DNA of 64,000 bases, taken from assembly GCA_005887995.1 (NCBI GenBank), contig VBJD01000029.1:3326-67325 (forward strand), in the 5' to 3' direction. How positions within the stretch are numbered: the first letter of the stretch is position 1; each line of letters starts with the position of its first letter. The stretch comes from Chloroflexota bacterium (GTDB lineage: Bacteria > Chloroflexota > Limnocylindria > P2-11E). This document shows positions 36,693 through 45,477 of this stretch, one piece after another. Both the position numbers and the translations under genes were made by a program. Below the pieces are notes generated by a model that worked only from the letters and a program-made list of their open reading frames with translations, searched no databases and was not told the origin of the DNA.

Positions 36693-37703
36693 TCACGGAG
36701 CCTTCGTGGGCGACGGAGTGGCGGGCGGGCGCGGCGTGTTCTGCGCGAGCTTCTCGACGTCCACGCCCGCGAGCTGCGCCGCCTCCTTCATCGGGTCGTA
36801 GAACTTCGCGTCGACCTCCTGCATCCCGTCCCACTGGAAGAATGCCGGATTCGCGAAGATCTTCTTGCCGTCGTCCGACTTGATGTAGTCGAGCAGGCTC
36901 TGCTTCACCTGCTTCGTGACGTCGTCGGGGACGCCCTTGCGCACGGCCGCACCATCGTTCGGGATCGGCCCCGCGGTGTCGATGACCTTCGTCGCCGTCT
37001 TGATGTCGGGGTTCGCCGACACGAGCGAGTCGCGCGCGTCGATGAACGTCGCCGCGCCGTCGACCTGCTTGTTGTAAACGGCCAGCGCTGCCTGCGGGTG
37101 GCCGCCCGCGAAGATCGTCTGCGAGAAGAACGTCTTCGGCTCCTGACCGGTCTTCTGCTTGACCACCAGCGTCGGATAGACGTAGCCGGAGGCCGAGAGC
37201 GTGTCGACGAACGCGAACTTCTTGCCCTTGAGACCATTGAGATCGTTGATCCCGCTGTCGGTGCGGACAAGGATCTGCGACTTGTAGGTCGCTGAGAGCT
37301 GGCCGGTGTCGTCCTTGCGGAGCGCCGCGAGGATCGGCGAGCCGCATCCCCGACCGAGCAGCAGCGTCATCTGCAGCGGTGCGAAGAAGCCGACGTCCAC
37401 GCTACCGGCGCACATCGCCTCGACCTGCGCCGCGTAGCTCGTCATCGGCGTGACCTTCCACGAGAGGCCCGTGGCCCTCTCGAGCGCCGCCTTGATCGCG
37501 TTGCCGCTCGTCGCGATGACCGCGCCTTCCTGTGACGGTGTGAACGCGAGGACGACTGGTCGGTTGAACGAGCCGATGCGTGGACCGCTGCTCGCCGCCG
37601 CCGACGGCCCACCGGACGCCTGCGGCGTCGTGCCACCGCATGCGGCGATGAGAAGTCCCGCGGCCAGCGCCCACCCGAGCGGGCCGCGTACGCTGATGCG
37701 CAT
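36693..37703 (-). CDS. phnD: Phosphonate/phosphite ABC transporter substrate-binding lipoprotein PhnD
   Basis: Lipobox 'LLIAACGG', then 'VVLAFTPS', 'FVDTLSASGYVYP' and 'PIPNDGAAV' in the PhnD/PtxB family pattern. Confidence 0.85.
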   Translation of the reverse strand: MRISVRGPLGWALAAGLLIAACGGTTPQASGGPSAAASSGPRIGSFNRPVVLAFTPSQEGAVIATSGNAIKAALERATGLSWKVTPMTSYAAQVEAMCAGSVDVGFFAPLQMTLLLGRGCGSPILAALRKDDTGQLSATYKSQILVRTDSGINDLNGLKGKKFAFVDTLSASGYVYPTLVVKQKTGQEPKTFFSQTIFAGGHPQAALAVYNKQVDGAATFIDARDSLVSANPDIKTATKVIDTAGPIPNDGAAVRKGVPDDVTKQVKQSLLDYIKSDDGKKIFANPAFFQWDGMQEVDAKFYDPMKEAAQLAGVDVEKLAQNTPRPPATPSPTKAP

Positions 37704-37751
37704 GGGATCCCTCCTTCAATGTCTGGAAGCCTCCGCATGATACGTCGGCGC

Positions 37752-38576
37752 ATGTCCTTTCTTGAGAAGCTCGCGGCGGCATCCAGGTCGCGTGACAGCA
37801 TCATCTGTGTCGGCCTCGATCCCGAGCCCGACCTCATCCCGTCCGCACTCGGGCGCGGCCCGCAGGCGGCGGTGCGTTTCCTCCGCCGCATCGTGCGTGC
37901 GACATCCGAATACGCGTGCGCCTACAAACCGAACCTCGCGTTCTACGAGCGATACGGAGCGGCCGCGTTCGAGGTGCTCGGTCAGACGCTGCAGTCGATC
38001 CCCGATGACATTCCGGTGATCCTCGATGCGAAGCGCGGCGACGTGCCGAACACCGCGGAGGCGTACGCGTCGGCGCTGTTCGATGCGTTCCACGCCGACG
38101 CCGCGACGGTCGCGCCGTACGTCGGTCTCGATGCGATAGCGCCGTTCGCGCGCGAGGACCGCTACGCGCTCGTTCTCGCGCGTACGAGCAATCCCGGCGC
38201 CGGCGACGTGCAGGATCTGATCGTCGACGGACGTCCGCTCTACGAGCGCGTCGTGTCCGCCGCGGTCGCGGCGTTCCCAGCGGAGCACTGCGGCTTCGTC
38301 GTCGGCGCGACCTACCCCGAGGAGGCGAGGCGTCTCCGCGCGCTCGCGCCGGACCGGCTCTTCCTCATGCCCGGTGTCGGCGCGCAGGGTGGGGACGTGG
38401 CGACAGCGATCCGCGCTGCGCTCGACGAAAAGGGCGGCGGCGTTCTCCCGTCGGCGTCGCGGTCGGTGCTGTTCGCATCGCGCGAGGGCGACTACGAGCG
38501 CGCGGCGGCCGACGCGGCCCGCGCACTGCGCGACAGCGCGAACGCCGCACGCGCGATGGCCACGGAGCGCCGCTGA
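37752..38576 (+). CDS. pyrF: Orotidine 5'-phosphate decarboxylase (type 2)
   Basis: 'ICVGLDPEPD', 'AYKPNLAFYE', 'VILDAKRGDVPNTA' and 'MPGVGAQGG'. An alternative in-frame start lies at 37719. Confidence 0.9.
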   Translation: MSFLEKLAAASRSRDSIICVGLDPEPDLIPSALGRGPQAAVRFLRRIVRATSEYACAYKPNLAFYERYGAAAFEVLGQTLQSIPDDIPVILDAKRGDVPNTAEAYASALFDAFHADAATVAPYVGLDAIAPFAREDRYALVLARTSNPGAGDVQDLIVDGRPLYERVVSAAVAAFPAEHCGFVVGATYPEEARRLRALAPDRLFLMPGVGAQGGDVATAIRAALDEKGGGVLPSASRSVLFASREGDYERAAADAARALRDSANAARAMATERR

Positions 38577-38899
38577 TGTTCGGCATCGGGCCCGAGGAGC
38601 TGTTCCTCATCGCGGTCATCGCCCTCCTCGTCCTCGGTCCCGAGCGGATGCCGAAGGTGATGCGCGACATCGGCCGTGTCGTCGGCGACCTGCGCAAGAC
38701 GTCCGATGAGCTGCGCGAGGAGTTCATGAACGCCGATCGCGCGCTCAAGGAGCCCTTTGTGGGCTCGTCGACACCGGCGTCGACGTCGCCGACGCCCGCC
38801 GCCGAGAGCGCGCAGGCCAGCGCACCGGACGGCACGCCGAGCGAGTCGGCGTTCGATCGCGAGATGCGCGAGGCGCGCGAGCGTCTGCGGGGCGCCTGA
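38576..38899 (+). CDS. Twin-arginine translocase TatA/TatB-family protein (TatB-like)
   Basis: 'MFGIGPEELFLIAVIALLVLGPERMPKVMRDIGRVVGDLRK' gives a TM helix, an amphipathic helix and an acidic/Pro-rich tail. Confidence 0.85.
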   Translation: MFGIGPEELFLIAVIALLVLGPERMPKVMRDIGRVVGDLRKTSDELREEFMNADRALKEPFVGSSTPASTSPTPAAESAQASAPDGTPSESAFDREMREARERLRGA

Positions 38900-38940
38900 C
38901 CGCGAAACTCCCCGCTTCTCGCACATATACTTGATGCATC

Positions 38941-38963
38941 GAGCGCCTCCGGGGCGCTCTTTT
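38941..38963 (+). terminator. Terminator-like hairpin abutting the secD start
   Basis: GAGCGCC-tccgg-GGCGCTC followed by TTTT. The T-run runs into the TTG/ATG (38962/38965) of secD. Confidence 0.4.
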
Positions 38964-40344
38964 GATGCTCGGAAGGGGACGCCGTCCGTTGGGTGCATTC
39001 GGTCCGTGGCTGATCGCCATCATCGCGGTGCTCGCGGTCTTCGTGGACATCCCGAAGCACCAGATCTCGTTCCCGTTCAACTGCCCCGGGATCTGCCTCA
39101 AGGTCGGCGACTTCCAGGTCAATCAGGAGATCAAGACGCATCTCGGGCTCGACCTGCAGGGCGGCACGCAGCTCATCCTGCGCATGCAGACCGAGAAGCT
39201 GCCCGCCGGCAACACCCAGACGCCGTCGCAACTGCAGCAGCTGGCGATGAAGGTCATCGAGCGGCGCATCAACAGCCTCGGCGTCTCGGAGCCGGTGCTC
39301 CAGGGCGTCGGCGACGACAAGATCCTCCTCGAGCTGCCCGGCGTCGACGACCTCGCGCAAGCGAACGACATCGCGACGCGGCAGGCGTTCCTCGAGATCA
39401 AGGTCCCGGACGCTGACCATCCCGGGCAGTACAAGTCACTTCAGCCGCCGCTCACCGGCGCGAACCTGAAGCCGACGTTCGTGACGTTCCAGAACGGGAC
39501 GAAGCCGGTCATCAACTTCGAATTCACCAACGGCGACGACCAGCGGTGGGTGCAGCTCTCGAAGGACTTCTACCAGAAGCCGGTGCAGATCACGCTCGAC
39601 GGGAAGGAGATCTCGGCCCCGACGATCAACGCGATCTTCACCGACGGGCGCGGCATCATCGAGGGCGGGTTCACCGCGAAGTCCGCGAGTGAGCTGTCGC
39701 TGCTCCTGAACTCCGGTGCGCTGCCCGTGCCGCTCGAGGTCATCCAGTCATCGCGCGTCGAGCCGACGCTCGGCCAGGAGTCGGTGCAGCGGTCGCTGGT
39801 GGCGGGCGCGATCGGGCTCTTCCTCGTCGCGTTCTTCATGATCGCGTACTACCGGCTGCCCGGCGTCATCGCGGTGATCGCACTCCTCTATTACACGGCG
39901 CTCACGTACGCGCTCTTCCGCCTCGTGCCGGTCACGCTCACGCTGGCGGGCGTTGCGGGCTTCATTCTCTCGATCGGCATGGCCGTCGACGCCAACGTCC
40001 TCACCTTTGAACGGCTGAAAGAGGAGCTGCGCGCGGGCAAGTCATTGCGCAATGCCGTCGAGGCCGGGCGCGTCCGCGCGTTCCCCTCGATCCTCTACTC
40101 GAACCTCGCGACGATCATGACCGCGGGCATCCTCTTCTGGTTCGGGACCGGGACGGTCAAGGGCTTCGCGCTCACGCTCGCGATCGGTGTGGCGATGTCG
40201 TTCTTCACCGCGGTCGTCGTCACGCAGATGCTCCTGCACGGCGCGATCGAGATCGCGTCGCTCCGGCAGCGCCGTCTTTACGGCGTCGAGGAACGCGCCG
40301 TCGATACCGGCGCACCGAGGAGCACGGCGGCGGTGAGCCCGTGA
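38962..40344 (+). CDS. secD: Protein translocase subunit SecD
   Basis: 'LGLDLQGG', 'RINSLGVSEP.LQ' and the C-terminal six-TM bundle 'ALLYYTALTYALF...LTLAGVAGFILSIGMAVDANV'. Confidence 0.93.
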   Translation: MMLGRGRRPLGAFGPWLIAIIAVLAVFVDIPKHQISFPFNCPGICLKVGDFQVNQEIKTHLGLDLQGGTQLILRMQTEKLPAGNTQTPSQLQQLAMKVIERRINSLGVSEPVLQGVGDDKILLELPGVDDLAQANDIATRQAFLEIKVPDADHPGQYKSLQPPLTGANLKPTFVTFQNGTKPVINFEFTNGDDQRWVQLSKDFYQKPVQITLDGKEISAPTINAIFTDGRGIIEGGFTAKSASELSLLLNSGALPVPLEVIQSSRVEPTLGQESVQRSLVAGAIGLFLVAFFMIAYYRLPGVIAVIALLYYTALTYALFRLVPVTLTLAGVAGFILSIGMAVDANVLTFERLKEELRAGKSLRNAVEAGRVRAFPSILYSNLATIMTAGILFWFGTGTVKGFALTLAIGVAMSFFTAVVVTQMLLHGAIEIASLRQRRLYGVEERAVDTGAPRSTAAVSP

Positions 40345-41252
40345 TCGGCGTCGTCGAGCGCAAGTGGTGGTACTTCCTGCTGTCGGGCCTGCTCATCGTC
40401 CCCGGCGTCATCTTCCTCGCGCTCGGCGGGTTGAAGCCGGGCATCGAGTTCCGCGGTGGCACGCTCCTCGAGCTGCGATTCGGCCAGCCACCCGCGGTGA
40501 GCGACGTGCGCGACGCGATGGCCGCGCTCGACCGGCCCGAGGCCGTGGTGCAGGTCGCCGAGGGCGGACGCATCGAGGTCCGCACGTTCGAGATGAAGCC
40601 TGACGACATCGTGAAGGCCGAGAAGGCGCTGAAGGACCGCTACGGCGCGAACCTCATAGATCTGTCGTCGTCGGTCGTGAGCCCGTCGTTCAGCGGCGAG
40701 CTCATCCAGAACGCCGTCCGGTCGATCGCGCTCGCCTCGGTGCTCATCGTGCTGCTCATCGCGTTCGCCTTCCGGAACTTCGGCTGGGCAGCGTTCCGTT
40801 ACGGCATCGCGGCGATCATTGCGCTGCTCCACGACGCCGCTGTCGTCCTGGGCATCTTTGCGATCCTCGGCTTCTTCCTGGGCGTCGAGGTCGACAGCCT
40901 CTTCGTCACGGCGGTGCTGACGATCATCGGCTTCTCGGTGCACGACACGATCGTCGTCTTCGACCGCATCCGCGAGAATCTGCGGCTCAATCCGGGCGAG
41001 GCGCTCAACCCGGTGATCAACTTCTCCATCATGCAGACGCTGGCGCGGTCGGTGATCACGTCGCTGACCGTCGTGCTCACGCTGCTGGCGCTCCTGCTCT
41101 TCGGCGGCTTTTCGATGCGCAATTTCGCGCTCGCGCTCGTCATCGGCATCGTCTCGGGAACGTATTCGTCGATCTTCAACGCCAGCCAGATCGTCTCGCT
41201 CTGGCAGGAGCTCGAGGACAAGATCCGCCACCGCGCGACCGCTGTGGCCTGA
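40341..41252 (+). CDS. secF: Protein translocase subunit SecF
   Basis: 'GIEFRGGT', 'LLHDAAVVLGIFAILG' and 'GFSVHDTIVVFDRIREN'. Overlaps the secD stop. Confidence 0.93.
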   Translation: MIGVVERKWWYFLLSGLLIVPGVIFLALGGLKPGIEFRGGTLLELRFGQPPAVSDVRDAMAALDRPEAVVQVAEGGRIEVRTFEMKPDDIVKAEKALKDRYGANLIDLSSSVVSPSFSGELIQNAVRSIALASVLIVLLIAFAFRNFGWAAFRYGIAAIIALLHDAAVVLGIFAILGFFLGVEVDSLFVTAVLTIIGFSVHDTIVVFDRIRENLRLNPGEALNPVINFSIMQTLARSVITSLTVVLTLLALLLFGGFSMRNFALALVIGIVSGTYSSIFNASQIVSLWQELEDKIRHRATAVA

Positions 41253-41314
41253 TGTGGTGCTCAATCGGCTGCTGGGCTGAACCTTTTCGCTCACCCGCAC
41301 CATAGACTTCATAC

Positions 41315-41746
41315 GTGGGCCGTCTAACTCGCTGGATCCCGCCGATCATCGCGACCGCCGTGGGCACCATGCTGGTCGGGATGCTCGTCGGTTACATGCT
41401 CGCTGCCACCGTGTCGTACGTGATCACGGAGCGTGGCTGGTTCGCGAACTCAGGCGAGCCCCCAGAAGCACGCGCCTTCATGCTCGCGTATCTGCAGCGC
41501 GAAGCGGAGAACATCGCGGCGCTCAGACCACAGCAGGACGTCGTTTCAAAGGCTCTTGCCGAGCAGATGACTCAGAGCACCGCCGCACAAGCGAAGGCGC
41601 TCTCGTTGACCTATCTCGGCGGACAGAGCCAGGGTCCGCTATCGGTGCAGGTCTACGCGGTCGAGGCGCGCGCGAACGACGGCTCGCAGGGTCTGATTAC
41701 CTATGCGCTCACCCTTGTCGGAGGCAAGGTGGTTCTCGTCAGATGA
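41315..41746 (+). CDS. Single-pass membrane protein, unknown function (paralogue 1 of a pair upstream of the FtsH-like gene)
   Basis: N-terminal TM 'IIATAVGTMLVGMLVGYMLAA' and an extracytoplasmic ~110-aa domain ending 'GSQGLITYALTLVGGKVVLV'. ATGA overlap with the next gene. Confidence 0.6.
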   Translation: MGRLTRWIPPIIATAVGTMLVGMLVGYMLAATVSYVITERGWFANSGEPPEARAFMLAYLQREAENIAALRPQQDVVSKALAEQMTQSTAAQAKALSLTYLGGQSQGPLSVQVYAVEARANDGSQGLITYALTLVGGKVVLVR

Positions 41747-42165
41747 GTGAAGGACGCGCGATCTTCGTGCTCTCGCTGTTCATCGGCGGACTCCTTGGTG
41801 GCGTCCTCACGGAACGCATCGTCAACTCGAGCGGCGTCCGCGAGAGCCCGTACGCCAGCCTGGACAGGGTCGAAGAGCCTCGCGTTACGGCGGAGGTCGC
41901 TACGGCGATCGAAAACACTGATTCACGCACGCTCTCGCGGCTTATGGACACGCAACGGCTTCAAGCCCTCCAACAAGCGCTGCAGAGCCCTCTGGATCGG
42001 CCGATCGCCGACGTCCGAGGCGTCAAGTTCGTCGGCGCCACGGCACGCGGTACGCGCGTTGTCGCGGCGTACATTCTTTCAGGTAAAGACATGGGTGGTA
42101 CCGATTCGATCGTTGGCTTCGTGCTCGACGTGGAGAATGGACAGATCGTGGGTGTGAACGACTGA
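41743..42165 (+). CDS. Single-pass membrane protein, unknown function (paralogue 2)
   Basis: N-terminal TM 'IFVLSLFIGGLLGGVL'. The C-terminus 'GTDSIVGFVLDVENGQIVGV' aligns with the C-terminus of the upstream protein. Its stop overlaps the FtsH-like start. Confidence 0.6.
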   Translation: MSEGRAIFVLSLFIGGLLGGVLTERIVNSSGVRESPYASLDRVEEPRVTAEVATAIENTDSRTLSRLMDTQRLQALQQALQSPLDRPIADVRGVKFVGATARGTRVVAAYILSGKDMGGTDSIVGFVLDVENGQIVGVND

Positions 42166-44090
42166 TGACTACGACTTCGACAACCGCTCCGGCGACGAAG
42201 GTGCCCGCGGCGTATGGACCAGCGCCGGTGGCCGTGCCCGAGCCGGCGAGCCGCCGGGTCCTGCTGACCGCGGCGTATGTCCTCGAGCACAACCTGCGCC
42301 GGCTGATCATCCTCGGGATCATCATCGCGATCGCCGTCGTCCTCTGGGGCGTCCGCGGGATCTTCCAGGGCATTCTCGACATGATCGGGCAGGCGCCTCA
42401 GCTGCTCGTCCTGCTGCTCTTCTACTCGTTCATGATGATCGTGCAGTTCGGTGCGCTCATGTGGTTCATGTCTCGGCCCAGGACGTACACGGTCACGCCG
42501 GACCAGCCACAGATCGGCCTCAGTTTCGAGAACTACCGCGGCCAGCCGGACCTGCTCGAGCACGCGAAGAGCCTCGTCCGGATCTTGAGAGGTGTGAAGA
42601 GCTTCCAGGATCGCGGCGGCGAGATGCCTCAGGGCATGCTCCTCGCGGGGCCGCCCGGCACGGGCAAGACCTTCCTCGCGGGCGTCATGGCTGCCGAGGC
42701 GAACCTGCCGTTCATCTACGTGGACGCCTCGAGCCTCTCGAGCATGTGGATGGGCGTCGATGCGCTCATCGTGATCTCGCTGTTCCGCAAGGCGCGTGGC
42801 CTCGCGCGAAAATTCGCGGAGCCCGGACAGCCGGGCTGCTGCATCTTGTTCCTGGACGAGCTCGACTCCGTCGGCCTGTCGCGCGGAGGAATGACCGGCG
42901 GTCAGCAGCAGGGAATGATGGGTCCGATGGGCATGATGGGCGGTCGCGGCCTCGCCCTCAACACGATGCTCAACCAGATGGACTCGCTCGGTAAGCATGT
43001 CGAGGACCGCTTCAAGCACAAGATCGCGCGCTGGCTCGGTCTCATCCGTGGTCCCGTGCCGCCGAAGCCGGTCGTGTTCGTCATCGGCGCGACGAACCGC
43101 CCCGACGTTCTGGACCCGGCGCTCGTTCGCGCAGGTCGCCTCGACCGCAAGCTCATGGTGTACGTGCCGGATGGCGATGGCCGCAAGGACATCATCCAGC
43201 ACTACCTGCGCCTGAAGGCGCACGATCCCGAGATCCCGGTCGATCTGATGGTCGGCGATTCCATCGGATGGACGCCGATCGACATCAAGACCATCATCAA
43301 CGAGGCTCTGATCGTCGCGCACGATGGCGGACGTGAGTTCTTCAACTACAGAGACTGGCTCGTCGCGCGCGACGCTCGCATGCTGGGCATCAAGCAGCCG
43401 ATCCAGACCATGTCGCCCGCGGATCGTCGAGCGATCGCTTACCACGAGGCAGGCCACGCCGTGGCTGCTCGTTATCTGCAGCAGGAAAATCGCATCCAGA
43501 AGGCCTCGATCATCCGGATGGGCGACGCACTCGGCGTCGTCCAGCGGTCCTCGCGCGAGGAGCGGTACACCCGCCACGCGCGGGAGATCGAGACCGACAT
43601 CATGGTGTCGTTGGCGTCGCGCGCCGTCGAAGAGGTCTTCCTCGGCACGAAGATGTCGGGCGCGGGCTCGGATCTCCAGACCGCGACCTACCTCGCGATG
43701 AGTTACGTCGGGTCTCTCGGCATGGGATCGACCCTTCTCACCGTGCCGGCGAGCGGTGTCATGAGCCCGCCCGGCCCGATCCTCCAGCTCGCCGACAAGC
43801 TCCTCGACGAGCTGTTCGACGAGACCAAGCGGCTCGTGCGTGAGAAGGAATACGCCGTTCACGCGGTGGCGGGTGCGCTGGCCCAGAAGGGTGAACTGAT
43901 CGGTCAGGAGCTCGAAGAGATCTTCGAGGCGGCTGATATTTCCAATCCAGAAGCGGCCAAGCCGTTCGAGCGAAAGCCCATCAACCTCCCGAAGATGAAG
44001 GAAGACTGGACGGACAAGCGCTCGACCACCGCCGAAGCCATCCTCGCCGCGGCCTCGGCACCCCCGGGCACGACCGGGACAAAGATCTAG
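42165..44090 (+). CDS. Atypical FtsH-like AAA+ zinc metalloprotease (no periplasmic domain, insert in AAA module)
   Basis: Walker A 'GPPGTGKTFLAG', Walker B 'ILFLDELDS', SRH 'ATNRPDVLDPALVRAGRLDR' and M41 zinc site 'HEAGHAV'. Two TM helices are separated by only ~16 aa. A Gly/Met/Gln-rich segment plus a ~25-aa insert lies between Walker B and the SRH. Confidence 0.85.
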   Translation: MTTTSTTAPATKVPAAYGPAPVAVPEPASRRVLLTAAYVLEHNLRRLIILGIIIAIAVVLWGVRGIFQGILDMIGQAPQLLVLLLFYSFMMIVQFGALMWFMSRPRTYTVTPDQPQIGLSFENYRGQPDLLEHAKSLVRILRGVKSFQDRGGEMPQGMLLAGPPGTGKTFLAGVMAAEANLPFIYVDASSLSSMWMGVDALIVISLFRKARGLARKFAEPGQPGCCILFLDELDSVGLSRGGMTGGQQQGMMGPMGMMGGRGLALNTMLNQMDSLGKHVEDRFKHKIARWLGLIRGPVPPKPVVFVIGATNRPDVLDPALVRAGRLDRKLMVYVPDGDGRKDIIQHYLRLKAHDPEIPVDLMVGDSIGWTPIDIKTIINEALIVAHDGGREFFNYRDWLVARDARMLGIKQPIQTMSPADRRAIAYHEAGHAVAARYLQQENRIQKASIIRMGDALGVVQRSSREERYTRHAREIETDIMVSLASRAVEEVFLGTKMSGAGSDLQTATYLAMSYVGSLGMGSTLLTVPASGVMSPPGPILQLADKLLDELFDETKRLVREKEYAVHAVAGALAQKGELIGQELEEIFEAADISNPEAAKPFERKPINLPKMKEDWTDKRSTTAEAILAAASAPPGTTGTKI

Positions 44091-45443
44091 CTACCGCGCA
44101 TACGCCGCCGCGACCTGCGCGATGGTGACGAAGCGCAGCGGTCCTTTGTCGCGATCCCAGCGGTATGGCTCCAGCGCCTGGAAAAGCTTCTCGATCGCGG
44201 CGCGTTCAGGCGCGTCGATGGTCGCCGGGTGGCTCACGAAGGTAAGCGCCCGACGGACGGCGCTCGGCGTCCCCACCGGAGGCAACATCGCGAGGTCATC
44301 GTTGATGACACGCTGGATAGAGAACGATGTGAGGCCGTAGGTGTTGCCGGCGTTGTTCGGCACCTCGAGCATCGGGAGATCGCCCGCCGCGTTCGCGTCC
44401 GTGCGCGACGGCCGGTAAGGCTGTGCGTCCTTCGGCAGCGTCCACGGGAGCGTCAGGCTCCCGAACGGTCCCGCCGGGGTGGCGCTCGTGTCGGCGGTGA
44501 ATCCAGCTGCCGCGACGGCGCGGAGATTGGCCGCGTTCGCGAACAGACCGCCGGCCCGGAACGAGGTCGGCTTTGGCATGCCGTGATCCGTCATGAGTCG
44601 CACGGCATGGTCGATCAGTCTCTTCGTCTCGGACTCATCGAAAGCGGTGAGCGGCACGTCGTACCCATCACCGCGACCCGCCCAGCTTGGTGCGGTCCGC
44701 GGGGTCACGCCCGCGGCACGAACAAAATCCGTCCACGCGTGGATGTGAAGGGCGATCTCGGCGTTACCCGCGGCCGCGACATTCATCGTCCACTGCCGCA
44801 TGACATCGGCCCTCTCGCGGCTGACCTCGGTGGTCGTCCAGACGCGCGGGTTCCACATGATCGTCATGGGCGCGAAGTACGTGCGGTTGATCGCGTAAGT
44901 GTTGTCGAGCGTCTCGTTCGACGCGGCGTCGCCCTCGAAGTCCAGCGTCCAGACCACGTAGATCGGCTGCGAGAGAAAGAACTTCGAGCTCGCCACGACC
45001 CGATCAGAGCCGTCGCGCATGCGAACGAGGAAGTCGACCGTTTGCTCTCCTGGCGCGGCGCCGGCGAGATCGAGCGACCCACTCCACTGGTTTCCGACCC
45101 GCGGGGCGACGATGAACGACAGCGGCACCGTCGCACCCGTCTCGCGCAGGCGCGCGCGCGGCTGGCCGGGCAGGGCGTCGGCTGCCATCGCGACGGCGAC
45201 CAACGCCTTCTCCTGAATCAATCCATCTGGCACCGTGTACCAGCGACGCCCGCCCATCGCCTGCGCGACGGGCACTTCGTCGAGCCCCGCCCCGAGGGTC
45301 GAACTGGGAGTCGCGGCCGCGCTTGAGGCGGTCGTAGGCCTGCCCGTGAGTGGCGACGCATGGTCATTGGAGGAGGTAAATGCTGCGCACGAGGACGTCA
45401 TCCCGACCGCGATGAGCAGCACGACCGTTCTCATGTCGACCAT
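44091..45443 (-). CDS. Lipoprotein, possible polysaccharide-deacetylase-like (NodB-like) domain
   Basis: Start ATG at 45443 or 45434, with lipobox 'GMTSSCA'. 'WTLDFEGD', 'HIHAW' and 'FRAGG' loosely recall CE4 motifs. The functional call is weak. Confidence 0.45.
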   Translation of the reverse strand: MVDMRTVVLLIAVGMTSSCAAFTSSNDHASPLTGRPTTASSAAATPSSTLGAGLDEVPVAQAMGGRRWYTVPDGLIQEKALVAVAMAADALPGQPRARLRETGATVPLSFIVAPRVGNQWSGSLDLAGAAPGEQTVDFLVRMRDGSDRVVASSKFFLSQPIYVVWTLDFEGDAASNETLDNTYAINRTYFAPMTIMWNPRVWTTTEVSRERADVMRQWTMNVAAAGNAEIALHIHAWTDFVRAAGVTPRTAPSWAGRGDGYDVPLTAFDESETKRLIDHAVRLMTDHGMPKPTSFRAGGLFANAANLRAVAAAGFTADTSATPAGPFGSLTLPWTLPKDAQPYRPSRTDANAAGDLPMLEVPNNAGNTYGLTSFSIQRVINDDLAMLPPVGTPSAVRRALTFVSHPATIDAPERAAIEKLFQALEPYRWDRDKGPLRFVTIAQVAAAYAR

Positions 45444-45477
45444 CGTACGTACGTGGCATGAGAAACTGGTTTCCGAC

